A stretch of 64,000 nt of DNA from Gammaproteobacteria bacterium. GTDB taxonomy: Bacteria > Pseudomonadota > Gammaproteobacteria > JBCCGL01. Of the stretch, positions 20,910 through 31,579 are shown piece after piece. The translations under genes and the position numbers were made by a program. How positions within the stretch are numbered: position 1 is the first letter of the stretch; each line of letters starts with the position of its first letter. The notes under the pieces were generated by a model, which saw only the letters and a list, made by a program, of their open reading frames with translations, ran no database searches and was not told the origin of the DNA. The stretch spans positions 2,400,001 through 2,464,000 of the forward strand of contig OZ255836.1 of assembly GCA_965277715.1 (NCBI GenBank), written 5' to 3'.

Positions 20910-21562
20910 TATATGGACCCGCAGTTAAATTCAACAATTTTTTAATCGTTCAGAGCAGACACAGTAAATAAGGTTAGCAGTCATATATCCGGCTTCTCAA
21001 TAGGACGGATTGTATTTGTTTATCCGTCCAGAGCCATAATGGGAACCGTGCTCAGACACCTCATCAAGCAATCGGTCTGTGAAGACCATGACCCCTCCAG
21101 GTTCTGTCTGAGCCGGTTTAACCTGTTATACCCTTTACTGCTCTTTCGCTACCTCGTGGTAAGAAATCTTCAACGACGCTATTAAGCCGTTTTATGCACG
21201 TAAGTTGTATTATTAGCCGCTACCGCCCAGCTAATTCTGGCGAGCTTATTGGCCAATGCCACCGCCGCCACACAATGGCCCCGACGTGCTTTGACACGAC
21301 AGGCCCAACGACTTAGCCCATTATCGTGTTTAGGCATTCGACTTAATGCCGCTTGCGCCCCCTGTATCAACAAAGTGCGCACGTGTTCGCCCCCGCGTTT
21401 ACTGATACCTTTTAGTTGCGTTTTGCCCCCCGAATTATATTGACGAGGAACGAGACCCAAAAAGGCGGAAAACTCACACCCATTTTTATAAAAACCCGGA
21501 TCGCCCATTGCTGTAAACAAGGCAGTGGCGACCAGAGGCCCTACACCCGGCAGTGTTTTTAA
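20910..21562 (-). mobile_element. IS110/IS1111 remnant: transposase 3' part plus ~270-bp downstream non-coding region
   Basis: AFLGLVPRQYNSGGK..GISKRG..VALANKLARI; non-coding region ending GCGGGTCCATATA; near-identical to 53192-53840. Confidence 0.85.
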
Positions 21563-21734
21563 TAGTACTCATTGCCAGGAAATATACGCTGTCTTCCCCT
21601 ACCTCGGTTCATTACGTGGTAGTAGGCGTTTTCATACTCTATGCGTAGAGATCTTGGCATTTAAGGAGTATAGCAGCACACCAAAATCATGCAATAGTAT
21701 ACTTGACCCTTTTGCATATAGTATACTTGACCCC
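21563..21734 (-). pseudogene. RAYT-like transposase 5' fragment with duplicated end motif
   Basis: MPRSLRIEYENAYYHVMNRG from ATG 21660; AGTATACTTGACCC twice (21704, 21728). Confidence 0.8.
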
Positions 21735-21787
21735 TTTATTTTTTTATTTTTTATCTCCTTTATTTCTTCTGACAACCCCAACGAGGC

Positions 21788-22474
21788 CTATGGGGCTTGC
21801 ACATTCAATTGAATAACACTGGCAACAAACGACTCCAGCTTTTTTCTATCATTGCCGTAAACAGTCATCGTGTACGTGTCACCGCCTATGTTAATTTTTA
21901 ACTCGATTGAAAGCTCCCCGTCACTAAACTTAAAAACCACATAGTAGTAACCATCAGCAAAATTATGGGCCAATAAAGGTGTTTTTAAGCTGCGAGAAGG
22001 GCCTTTGGCAGGAAACAATACTTCCAATGAGATTGTATGAAAAACGACAAGATCAAGCTTGCCTTGCTCATCTAGTGAGCTACAATCAAAACCAGAATAG
22101 CCATCCAAACGCCTAATAAAATAAACGATAGAGTCCCAATAAGTAAACGGCGTCTTATTGAGATCAAGCCCCAAATACTCAGCTAAATCTACTATGCTTT
22201 TTTCTTCAAAGTCAGATTTTATCTTTGCGATCCTTAACCCTGTATAAATGCCATCCTGTTTCGGATACTTGAGCATCCCGTAATTTTTTACTTCCGCGCG
22301 CTCATCAAGTATAAAGCCTTGCGAAAATACGCCATCTAACTCCAAAATGACTTCCGGGTAAGACACCTGATCAATAGCAATTAATAGCTTTTGACAGTCT
22401 GATTCATTGAAATTCCCCGAAGCCACACAATAGGACGAAATTAACAGCAAAAAAACAGAGATAATGTACTTCAT
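21788..22474 (-). CDS. Exported hypothetical protein (orphan immunity-like)
   Basis: Signal peptide MKYIISVFLLLISSYCVASG; AT-rich; lies between two RAYT end motifs. Confidence 0.6.
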   Translation of the reverse strand: MKYIISVFLLLISSYCVASGNFNESDCQKLLIAIDQVSYPEVILELDGVFSQGFILDERAEVKNYGMLKYPKQDGIYTGLRIAKIKSDFEEKSIVDLAEYLGLDLNKTPFTYWDSIVYFIRRLDGYSGFDCSSLDEQGKLDLVVFHTISLEVLFPAKGPSRSLKTPLLAHNFADGYYYVVFKFSDGELSIELKINIGGDTYTMTVYGNDRKKLESFVASVIQLNVQAP

Positions 22475-22599
22475 TAGATGGGCCACTCTCCAAACAACGT
22501 ATAACTCTGCGGGTAATCTGCCCTGATCATATTCAACCGCCCCGCAGTGACTGTCGCACCACGGACGAGCGAATTCCATAGCAATAAAGGGGTAAAGTA

Positions 22600-23335
22600 T
22601 CATATGAGTTTTTTAAGTAATTTTTGCAACGTTAAATCACCTGCCAATTGAGTTTCAAAGCGCCTAATAGCTATTGATACACTACCGTATCGCTTGAAAC
22701 CGAAGACTTCGGCAATATCTACCAACTTATGCCCACCCTCTTCCCGACACAGGTACATACATAAATCTCTCGCTACTTTCGCTTTCAACCCTCCCCTTGA
22801 TGGTCGGAGGATATCTTCACGCTCAATCTTCAACGATTTCGACACCCGAATAATCCATTCATCTACCGTAGGTCTAAACTGCTGTAAGTCACTACGGTTA
22901 ACTGCACTATCTATAGTTTCACGTTGCTCGTAGGCCCAACTGCGGAAATCCTCACTGCCCAAATAAGGCATTTGATTTCCCCGTCCGTAGAATCGCCTGA
23001 TTTCTTCATCAATGCCTTGCTCCACATAAGCCCGGTATCGTTGCGCAAAATACCGCTGATGAGGCACACCGAGCTGAGCCTGGATATCTCCCTGGTAAAG
23101 CCACTCCTGTGATGAACGACCATTTGCATAATCGTTGTAACTGGACCAGGGGTAATCCGCCAAATTCTTTACTAACCTAGCTTCCAGCGGGTTTCGGTGA
23201 ATATAGCGAGAGAGTTGAAGCTGATAACTATCTTCTTCAATGCAGATCGCTTTGTAACGCCTCTGAAATAACGGTGCATCGGTACGTTACGTGGTAGTAG
23301 GCGTTTTCATACTCTATGCGTAGAGGTCTTGGCAT
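22600..23335 (-). pseudogene. RAYT-like transposase, internally deleted copy
   Basis: Nearly identical to 23848-24807 but joins YHV to RTD near 23287, losing the HUH motif. Confidence 0.85.
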
Positions 23336-23418
23336 TTAAGGAGTATAGCAGTACACCAAAATTATTCAATAGTATACTTGACCCCTTTATCTCTTCTTTA
23401 CCCCCATACCCCTTATCA

Positions 23419-23673
23419 TCACCTAATAAATGTATTTGAAAACCCTGTAAATAGCGCCTTACAAACCAGACTCACCGATATTACGAAACTCAATATATCG
23501 CTTTCTATATATCCGTTTTCAATTAATAGAAACGGTAAACCAAAAGCAATAAGAATAAACACATCAAATATTAATCTGATATGTGCGCTTGTAATTCTTC
23601 TAATATACTTTTTTGAAAAAATTTCTAACAACAATAAAATTATTGTATAGGCAATAAAAACTAATGGAGTCAT
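23419..23673 (-). CDS. Small membrane protein (orphan immunity-like)
   Basis: 84 aa, three hydrophobic segments, very AT-rich, between RAYT end motifs. Confidence 0.5.
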   Translation of the reverse strand: MTPLVFIAYTIILLLLEIFSKKYIRRITSAHIRLIFDVFILIAFGLPFLLIENGYIESDILSFVISVSLVCKALFTGFSNTFIR

Positions 23674-23847
23674 ACTTAATTTTCAATATCTATAAACATA
23701 TAAATTTCATTTTTATGAAAACACTTTATTAAAAAATACACAAATAAATATAGTTACATTTCTCTTGTTTTTCATCGTTATATCTAACAGAATTATTCTA
23801 TTTATTAATCACACTAAATAAACAGTAAAGGGTAAAGAGATCAAGTA

Positions 23848-24807
23848 TCATATGAATTTTTTAAGTAATTTTTGCAACGTTAAATCACCTGCCAATTGAG
23901 TTTCAAAGTGCCTAATAGCTGTTGATACACTACCGTATCGCTTGAAACCGAAGACTTCGGCAATATCTACCAACTTATGCCCACCCTCTTCCCGACACAG
24001 GTACATACATAAATCTCTCGCTACTTTCGCTTTCAACCCTCCCCTTGACGGTCGGAGGATATCTTCACGCTCAATCTTCAACGATTTCGACACCCGAATA
24101 ATCCATTCATCTACCGTAGGTCTAAACTGCTGTAAGTCACTACGGTTAACTGCACTATCTATAGTTTCGCGTTGCTCGTAGGCCCAACTGCGGAAATCCT
24201 CACTACCCAAATAAGGCATTTGATTTCCCCGTCCGTAGAATCGCCTGATTTCTTCATCAATGCCTTGCTCCACATAAACCCGGTATCGTTGCGCAAAATA
24301 CCGCTGATGAGGCACACCGAGCTGAGCCTGGATATCTCCCTGGTAAAGCCACTCCTGTGATGAACGACCATTTGCATAGTCGTTGTAGCTGGACCAAGGG
24401 TAATCCGCCAAATTCTTTACTAACCTAGCTTCCAGCGGGTTTCGGTGAATATAGCAAGAGAGTTGAAGCTGATAACTATCTGCTTCAACGCAGATCGCTT
24501 TGTAACGCCCCCGAAATAACGGCCCATCGGTACGTTTCTGTTTATTGTACCGCTGTGTATAAAGCCCATTGATGTGCCGCATACACCGTCCCAGATTACC
24601 TTCCGGTGTCTTCACCAATAAGTGATAGTGGTTGCTCATCAAGCAATAGCAAAGAACCTGTAGGCCAAAACGTCTATGAGCCTGCGCAAGGAGTTCAAGA
24701 AAAAGCGAGTAGTACTCATCGTCAGGAAATATACGCTGTCTTCCCCTACCTCGGTTCATTACGTGGTAGTAGGCATTTTCGTACTCTATGCGTAGCGGTC
24801 TTGGCAT
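23848..24807 (-). CDS. REP-associated-type Y1 HUH transposase (RAYT-like) with C-terminal DnaA-like HTH, intact
   Basis: YHVMNRG, CLMSNHYHLL (HUH), GPLFRGRYKA, YIHRNP (catalytic Tyr), YPWSSY, ARDLCMYL..LVDIAEVFG. Confidence 0.9.
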   Translation of the reverse strand: MPRPLRIEYENAYYHVMNRGRGRQRIFPDDEYYSLFLELLAQAHRRFGLQVLCYCLMSNHYHLLVKTPEGNLGRCMRHINGLYTQRYNKQKRTDGPLFRGRYKAICVEADSYQLQLSCYIHRNPLEARLVKNLADYPWSSYNDYANGRSSQEWLYQGDIQAQLGVPHQRYFAQRYRVYVEQGIDEEIRRFYGRGNQMPYLGSEDFRSWAYEQRETIDSAVNRSDLQQFRPTVDEWIIRVSKSLKIEREDILRPSRGGLKAKVARDLCMYLCREEGGHKLVDIAEVFGFKRYGSVSTAIRHFETQLAGDLTLQKLLKKFI

Positions 24808-24866
24808 TTAAGGAGTATAGCAGTACACCAAAATTATGCAATAGTATACTTGACCCCTTTATCCTT

Positions 24867-25340
24867 CCAACCCAATACGCTGTGCCTGATCGCTAAAAAA
24901 GGCGGACAGGACGGTGTAGTACACATCAATCAGGATATCGCACTGTACTGCGCTGTGCTCGAAGCGGGTCACACGATTGAACACCCTGTTATGGTAGATA
25001 GGCATAGTTGGGTGCAAATAGTGCGAGGGTCGTTAGTACTGAACGGTGTCACCTTGCAGGCAGGGGATGGTGCGGCGGTGAGTGAAGAACCATTGTTGTC
25101 ATTTAGCGCTGGTGATGACAGTGAGTTTTTGTTGTTTGATTTGGCTTAATGCCATGTGATATCACATATCATTAGCTTATTAAGATCGTATTTACCATCA
25201 ACTCACCTCCCTTTCCATTCAGATCAAAAAAACAACAGCTTGTTATTACCATTCTATAAGCCAATAAAAAAACCTCCGGTATACGAGGCTTTAACAAAAA
25301 ATACTTTGTTTATACTAAATAACTAGCCTGACCCCTTTTC
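24867..25340 (+). repeat. Direct duplicate of pirin 3' end plus 119-bp element
   Basis: Matches 20227-20700 as far as I can read by eye. Confidence 0.92.
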
Positions 25341-25441
25341 TTTTCTCTTTTCCCTCGTAAAAGTTATAACGCCCCAATAACCGGCGCGCGCTTTTTGCGC
25401 GTCCGGCGTCGCAGGCGCGTAGTTAATTGACTTGTTATGCA

Positions 25442-25813
25442 TTAGTGCCGGACTACCGCGTCGTTTTTAAGGAAGTCACACCAAGCCTTTAAAGACCATT
25501 TGGAAAATATATTATTTTCTTTGAGATCATTCTCGGCACTTAGCTTTAACATATAACCCTCAATTGAGATAAGGTTGTTACGTACAGCCGACTCAAAGTC
25601 TATGCCGACATTTTGAGCAAAGAACTCATCTGATTTGTCTGCGTTATTTAGTAAGAACTTCAGATCGTCTGCGGCTTTAATTGCTGCCACTTTAGTAAAG
25701 GCTTCTTCTGGAATAGGCCAGTGGCCCTCTCCAGAGCTTTTTACTGGATCACATAAATTTTCAGCAGTTGCTGAACCTGAAATTAGTGCAAGTAGGATCA
25801 AATATTTCTTCAT
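25442..25813 (-). CDS. Cassette: exported hypothetical protein
   Basis: Signal peptide MKKYLILLALISGSATA; fills one cassette. Confidence 0.7.
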   Translation of the reverse strand: MKKYLILLALISGSATAENLCDPVKSSGEGHWPIPEEAFTKVAAIKAADDLKFLLNNADKSDEFFAQNVGIDFESAVRNNLISIEGYMLKLSAENDLKENNIFSKWSLKAWCDFLKNDAVVRH

Positions 25814-25890
25814 AGCTTTAAGATGCATAACACCGCGCTCGGCGGCAAATTTGGAGCGCAGCGGAAAATTTGTCCGGCAGCAGCACTTTG

Positions 25891-26486
25891 TTAGGAGCTG
25901 ACTTCAAGAGCATGCCTAAGTAAGCTTTGCCAGTTACCGAAAATGTACCCATCATAAGCAGAATAAAAACTTCTCTCTATTGCTTGGTGCCCTTCATTTG
26001 ACAAGGCAGCATTAAATCTGTTGAGCTTAACTTTTTTTGCTGCATCGAAGCAGTGGTCATGAAATGCATCATCCAAGTAACCTGATCGTCGGGCATGATA
26101 CGCACCAATCCAATACCATGATTTCTAGCGTAAGAAATTGCTCCGCTTTGGAATGAGTTCTTAGTAGCAATAACGCCTTTTACATTTTTTCCCGCAATTT
26201 GGTCTAGCTTCGCTTTAAACTCCTCAACATCATCTACTGGAACTTTGTGCCCGTAATTCTTGCATTCACATACCCAAAGCAAGGAGTGATTTTTAGCGCC
26301 AGGAGGCCACACTTCAATAGATATATCGACAATGATGTCTTTCTCGCGATCTTTGGAATAGTAGCCCTTCTTCTTGAATATTTTTCCAGAAGCAGCATCA
26401 ATTCCTAAGCGCCCTTTGCTCAATTCTTCTTTGAGGAGATCAAACGTCCTATCTTCCAGCGCATCTCCTTTTGCCACGGTATTCAT
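25891..26486 (-). pseudogene. Cassette: Mrr-like restriction endonuclease, frameshifted
   Basis: KGDALE..VDI..ECKNY..VPVDDVEEF..FQSGA; C-terminus continues in another frame (25891-26076) near an A-run at ~26035. Confidence 0.7.
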
Positions 26487-26552
26487 GTGCCTCCTAACGC
26501 TGGCCTAAATCGCCGAGCGGTAGCTTGGTCGATTTGAGGCCCTGGTTATGTT

Positions 26553-26867
26553 TCATTTGTCTAATGCCTTTCTGATAGCCTGTAGTTTTTGTTGACTAGC
26601 TTTTAAACTTTCATAAAGATGCCAAACCAAATCATCGACTTCTTCAATGATGGCTTGACGTTCATGTTTTTTCCCTGTGCTTGCTAGGGTAGACAGGCGA
26701 TTGGCTATAGTTCGTTTTGCGCCAAGTGCACTTTTGCCGCCACCATCATGGACTGCCCAATAAATTTCCCAGTAATCATATTCAGGGTAGTCCTGTTCCA
26801 TAATCTTTGATATCTGCTTGCCTTCCTGCGCGAGTGTTTGTATTCCAGTTCTATCTTTTTTATTCAT
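26553..26867 (-). CDS. Cassette: hypothetical protein
   Basis: 104 aa ORF filling a cassette. Confidence 0.65.
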   Translation of the reverse strand: MNKKDRTGIQTLAQEGKQISKIMEQDYPEYDYWEIYWAVHDGGGKSALGAKRTIANRLSTLASTGKKHERQAIIEEVDDLVWHLYESLKASQQKLQAIRKALDK

Positions 26868-26984
26868 TGCTGATTCCTCTTAAAGTGAAATTTTCAGTAC
26901 TACTTGAGAACATAACGCCGTGCTCTGCGGCAAATTTGGAGCGCAGCGGAAAATTTGTCCGGCAGCAGCGCCTCGTTAACTGTG

Positions 26985-27613
26985 ATCACATCGAGTCAAT
27001 TTTAGCGATGATTTCTTTATGTTTTTGAATCTCTTCATTTTGCCACTTACTATTTCAATGCCAGTCGCTAGGCCTTGGATTTTTATGTTCACAGCTTCTG
27101 CAATACTGATTTTCGAAACCGAATTCTTCAATAGGCGACTTGTAAATATTATCCAAATCCCAGCCTCCCGTAGCATGCCCCATTTTTATGCAATGCACCC
27201 ACTTCATTGCTGCGGATGGTAATCCTAGCATTCGAGCAGGGATTCCTTGCGCTCTAGAAGGAAATACTATTAGATTCTCACAATCCTTGATGACTCTCTC
27301 AGGGTTATAATCTTTAAGCCCTTGTTTTATTATCTGGCCCATTTCATCTTTAGGGTCGTCGTAGTTGAATCCTAAAGCTTTTGCCCTTTCACGAAAAAAC
27401 TTTAATTCATCTTCTGGGGTTGCATCTTCATTGCTTTTCTTAATATCAGCTTTTATCTTAGCAATCGTATCAGTAACACTAGTCCTTAGCAAGTTCAATT
27501 TCACCATCTATACCGTAATCCTCTTGATCTTCTTGTGATCTAAATATCCAGTGATCAGGTAAATGGAATTCGAGTATCCTGCCTGCTTTACGTCCAATTT
27601 CTTTCGCGTTCAT
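26985..27613 (-). pseudogene. Cassette: DUF4365-like nuclease-domain gene, disrupted
   Basis: Own translation MNAKEIGRKA..WIFRSQEDQEDYGIDGEIELAKD*; remainder in another frame with a further stop at 27055. Confidence 0.55.
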
Positions 27614-27722
27614 TGATTCTCCATTCGTAGGCAGTTAACGTCGCACTAAAGGGCGCGCGTTAGCGCGTCCCAGCCCACGTTTTTTGTGGGCGATTTTGAG
27701 CGCCTTGTTAGCACTATTGCTT

Positions 27723-28238
27723 TTATTCATCCCATGCATTTTTTAACTCTATATCTTGGCTCTTGCTGCGAATTTGAAAATGAAGGTATGCAAACGGGCC
27801 ATACGAACCTTGACACCGAAGCACGTAGTAAGTATCTGCTGATTCTAACGAAAACTCGCCGGGAGCGCCAAGCTGACTATTGGAAACGGGTGAACTCTTA
27901 TAGTTAGGAAATGCTTGACTGATTAGCAGCGATGCCTTCTCTTTCAGGCTCTCACATTCTTCCCAATTTTTAACTGCCTTTTCTGCTGTTACTATTACCA
28001 CGTGACCTGTTGCATTTAAATAGGCAATTGAATACTCAGAAAAAATAGATGAAATATTACCATGATTTGGCACTCGGAATTGAGTTGTAGGCCTACCTTT
28101 ATCTTTGTTTTGCATCCCTTGAGGGTGGGAAAATCTTTCGCCTACCGGAATTTTGAGTAGTGACGGATACTCAGCGGCAGATAAAACAAGAGGAACAAGC
28201 ATTAATACTAAGGTGAGAATTTTCTTCATTTCTTTCAT
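27723..28238 (-). CDS. Cassette: exported hypothetical protein
   Basis: MKKILTLVLMLVPLVLSA signal peptide. Confidence 0.65.
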   Translation of the reverse strand: MKEMKKILTLVLMLVPLVLSAAEYPSLLKIPVGERFSHPQGMQNKDKGRPTTQFRVPNHGNISSIFSEYSIAYLNATGHVVIVTAEKAVKNWEECESLKEKASLLISQAFPNYKSSPVSNSQLGAPGEFSLESADTYYVLRCQGSYGPFAYLHFQIRSKSQDIELKNAWDE

Positions 28239-28319
28239 CGTGCTAACGTTTGCTTGTGCGGCGCGCAGCAACGCGGAGCGTCCCACATGAAACTATTGTT
28301 ATGCCTATTTGCTTCATAA

Positions 28320-29177
28320 CTATATAAAGCTTGCAATTTTTTCTTTGCACAGATTTTCTGTTAAAACTTGTAATTTTTGTACCCGCTCTGCTAACCATTT
28401 TAGCTCCTCTTTTGTAATTATGTAGCTGGGTTTATAGCGAGCATCAACATATGCCTTGCGTAAAAGTTTAAAGCGGTTTTTTTCTTCTTCTGTACTTTGT
28501 GGAAATACAGTAAGAAACTGTGGTTCAATGCTGCTTACACGTTGACCCAATTTTACTAAATCATGTGTGCTAGGTTTATAACGGGTAAAAACTAAAAGAA
28601 TTGTGCCGTAAAGGCGCTCTGTGACTTGGTGGAGTAAAAATTCAGCATTATTATAGTTACCCCTATCAAGTGGTGCGTTAAAATCGAGAAAATATTATTT
28701 AGCACTTATAAACCAATATTCAAAATCCTCTTCTGCCAGTTTTTTTCGCTCACTTGGCGATATTTCCTTTGGCTCGACTAACTCAAATGCTCCTGAGTTA
28801 TACAACACAATTCCTTCACGCTTGATATCAATATAAAAGTACTGGCTCTTTCTTAAGCGTCGGTTAATAAATTGGATATCTTCCGCGATCAGGCTGATTG
28901 GAGTTCGGTGGATGGTTTTTATCAAACGCTGATTGAGTTGATTATTTTGCTCAATTTTACTAGCTTCTTTCCGGGTTTCTGTAACAACCAATAGATCAAA
29001 GTCACTTTGATAACGGTAGTGCAGGGTTTCCAGGTCTATATCCTCCACCCAATCACCACGCGCATAACTACCAAACAAAATGAGCATATCGGGATTGATC
29101 TCTTCACGGATAATTTCCACAGCTCGCTGTAGTTCCTGCTGTTTCTGTTCCGGCAGGTGGTCAAGTGAAGTTTTCAT
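28320..29177 (-). pseudogene. Cassette: nucleotidyltransferase-HEPN fusion with internal nonsense codon
   Basis: ILFGSYARGD..SDFDLLV; in-frame TAA at 28695-28697, then HQVTE..THDL..AYVDARY. Confidence 0.85.
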
Positions 29178-29547
29178 AGGTGAATAATATCAGTTTCCTT
29201 TCAACAGCACAGACTTAAAGTTTGGGAAGCATACGCCTCGCATCAGCGGCTGACAAAGCGCGTAGCGGTTTGGCAGTCCGTTGCATGCGCTTGTTATGTG
29301 TATTTCTGGATCGCCCATTTGAATGCTTCAACACTTGCACTTTGAATTTTTTCATTTCTTTCTTTCGCAGAAATCCAATTAGAAATACCATTTACTGAAA
29401 ACCCATTGCTTTCACCTTGGGCCAGCTCACGAATAGCTTGATAAACTCTATGTTGAATTTCATTTGCGTCCCTAAGCAAAAAGGAAAAGGGGTCAATCGT
29501 ATTTAGTATTTTTCAAACGATTGTAAACCTGCTCAAACACGCCCTTC

Positions 29548-30215
29548 GTAAGCGCCCTTAAATCAGCCTCTATTCCAAGGTAATGTCCAAAACGACATGC
29601 CAAGGTAGCAAGGCCTCTCTCTTTTCAAGAGTATCGGCACTGCCGATATGATTAAGGGCGTGCAGTATGTACGCATAGGGTTCAAGCCCATTAGCTTTGG
29701 CCGTTTCGATCAATGAGTAACATGTGGCACTGGCATGGGCGCCACGGGTTGAATCGGCAAACAACCAGGCTTTTCTACCCACGGCAAAAGGCCTAATGGC
29801 ATTTTCAGCCAGCACGTTGCTGATGTGTAACCGTCCATCATCACAGTAGCCTGTGAGGGTATGCCATTGATTCAGTGCATAGTCCATGGCGTTACGAGTA
29901 AGGGACTTTTTAGCCACCTGGGTAATATGCTTATCCAGCCATTGTTTGAAGTCTTCCAACACCGGTTGGCTAAGTGCTTGGCGAAACCTTTGTTTTTCTG
30001 CGGGTTCAAGCGCTTGTGAGGTAATGCCAGAAATGGCACAGCCATTGGCCAGCGTAAAACACAAACCCGGATCACCCCTTTGCCTATCAGCCACCATCAC
30101 TTGGGTAAAGCCTGCTACAGGCATGTTACTCTGCACTGCTTGAATAGTTTTACGCGAACATTTACGGCTCCAATAGTAAAACTGCTTCAAGTGGATGCCG
30201 TTATCCTTAAACTCC
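29548..30215 (-). mobile_element. IS66 remnant (tnpA piece fused to tnpC 3' end)
   Basis: End GTAAGCGCC at 29548; ISNVLAENAIRPFAVGRKAWLF, YSLIETAKANGLEP, LLPW. Confidence 0.8.
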
Positions 30216-30219
30216 ATCG

Positions 30220-30434
30220 ACATGCTGCATGATGCGACTGAGGTTAACATCCGGTGTTTCCAGCAGTAGGTGGTAGTGGTTGCCCGTTAGGCAGTAAACT
30301 TCGCCATGAAAAATCGCCTTACGCTCCCGACCACGGTTCATTATGTGGTAGAAGGCGTTTTCGTATTCTATGCGCTGAGGCCTTGGCATCGGTTGGTATT
30401 GGTACAATCTACACTAAATAACTAGCCTGCCCCC
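30220..30434 (-). pseudogene. Third RAYT-like type, 5' fragment plus upstream end motif
   Basis: MPRPQRIEYENAFYHIMNRG..NHYHLL; upstream AAATAACTAGCCTGCCCCC matches the end of the 119-bp element. Confidence 0.8.
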
Positions 30435-30440
30435 TTTTCC

Positions 30441-30640
30441 GCTATTCCAGCAACGACTAACCGTAACTTCGGCTTGTCATAAATGCTTTCCTTGAGCATG
30501 ATACTCCGTAGCTTCGACCAATACTCATCGTTGAGCAATAATCGGGGCATGGCAAACTCGTATTTGTTGTTTTTATCACATCCAATGATACGAGTTTGCC
30601 TTTTGTTTCAAAAGCTTATAGCCAAACGTCAACAGGCCCT
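30441..30640 (-). mobile_element. IS5-family left-end fragment
   Basis: End AGGGCCTGTTGACGTTT; ORF start MPRLLLNDEYWSKLRSIM at 30550. Confidence 0.6.
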
Positions 30641-31579
30641 AGCAAAATAATAAATTAAGGTTAAAGGCAATTTCTTCGCCTGAAAAATAGCCCCTGCTGT
30701 AATGAGTGTTTGATGGTGGCAACGATGGCATTGTTGGAGCTTGCGCTCGGTCAGTTGATAGCCCTTATTGTGACCACAAACTGGACAGATAAACCCATTG
30801 GGCCAGCGCCACTAGTAGAGGGCTAAAAAACACTGTTCCTCTGTACCGTAGGCTTGGATAAAATCACTTAAACTCAGATCTGCTTGGGATTGTACTGTAT
30901 TGCGTGATGCGTGATATGAGAAATACCAATAAATTCAAATGGTTGTATTTTATCCTGGCATAGACTTATATTTGCTTCCTTTATTTTATTCGTCTTTCGA
31001 TTAATCGGCGAGTAATACGATAAATACATCTGCTTGGTTGGCACGCTCTACGCAGGTAGGTGTTTTTTTTGAAAAAAAACAACGACAAGCATAAAAATCT
31101 GCTATAAGATTTTTAACAAAATAATAACGCTTAAAAGGCAAAACCACTCAGCACCCAATACCGCGATTGCTTCATTTAAGCATATTGTGCGTCGTAAATA
31201 TCCAGACAAACCCGCTAGGTGTGATGTATAGACGTTGTCTTTAAGCGATAAAAATCACCAAAGCTGAAATAAATTGTATGGTAGGTACTGTAAAAAAGCG
31301 CACCCTATTGCGCTGCAATGGTTTAATAGACCTAAGAGCCTGTCGGGCTCAGGATGGCTTTACTGCGGAAAAGCAGACTTGGCCTTTTTTCGTGCTCCCT
31401 TTTTTGCACACCATTTCATCAAAGAGAACTACTGTCGTCAGGTATATCCCTATACCTAACCCTTTCAGGGCTAATGCGGAAGAACATTCCATACGTTCTT
31501 TTTGTCCTCATGAACAGCTAAACCCGTCAGGTTCTTAGCTTCTCCCTGCCCACCTCACCCCACTTATCATAATACGCTA

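Larger units (their letters stand above)
25364..29299 (-). mobile_element. Integron cassette array without integrase (7 attC sites)
   Basis: Palindromic attC at 25364-25440, 25825-25896, 26492-26551, 26910-26981, 27633-27713, 28241-28304, 29229-29299; cassette ends are complementary pairs (GTTATGC/GCATAAC, GTTAGGA/TCCTAAC, GTTATGT/ACATAAC, GTTAACT/AGTTAAC, GTTAGCA/TGCTAAC). Confidence 0.9.

Noticed and set aside
25364-29299. GC-rich palindromes as terminators or REP elements
   Set aside because: Boxes and one-per-gene spacing identify them as attC sites
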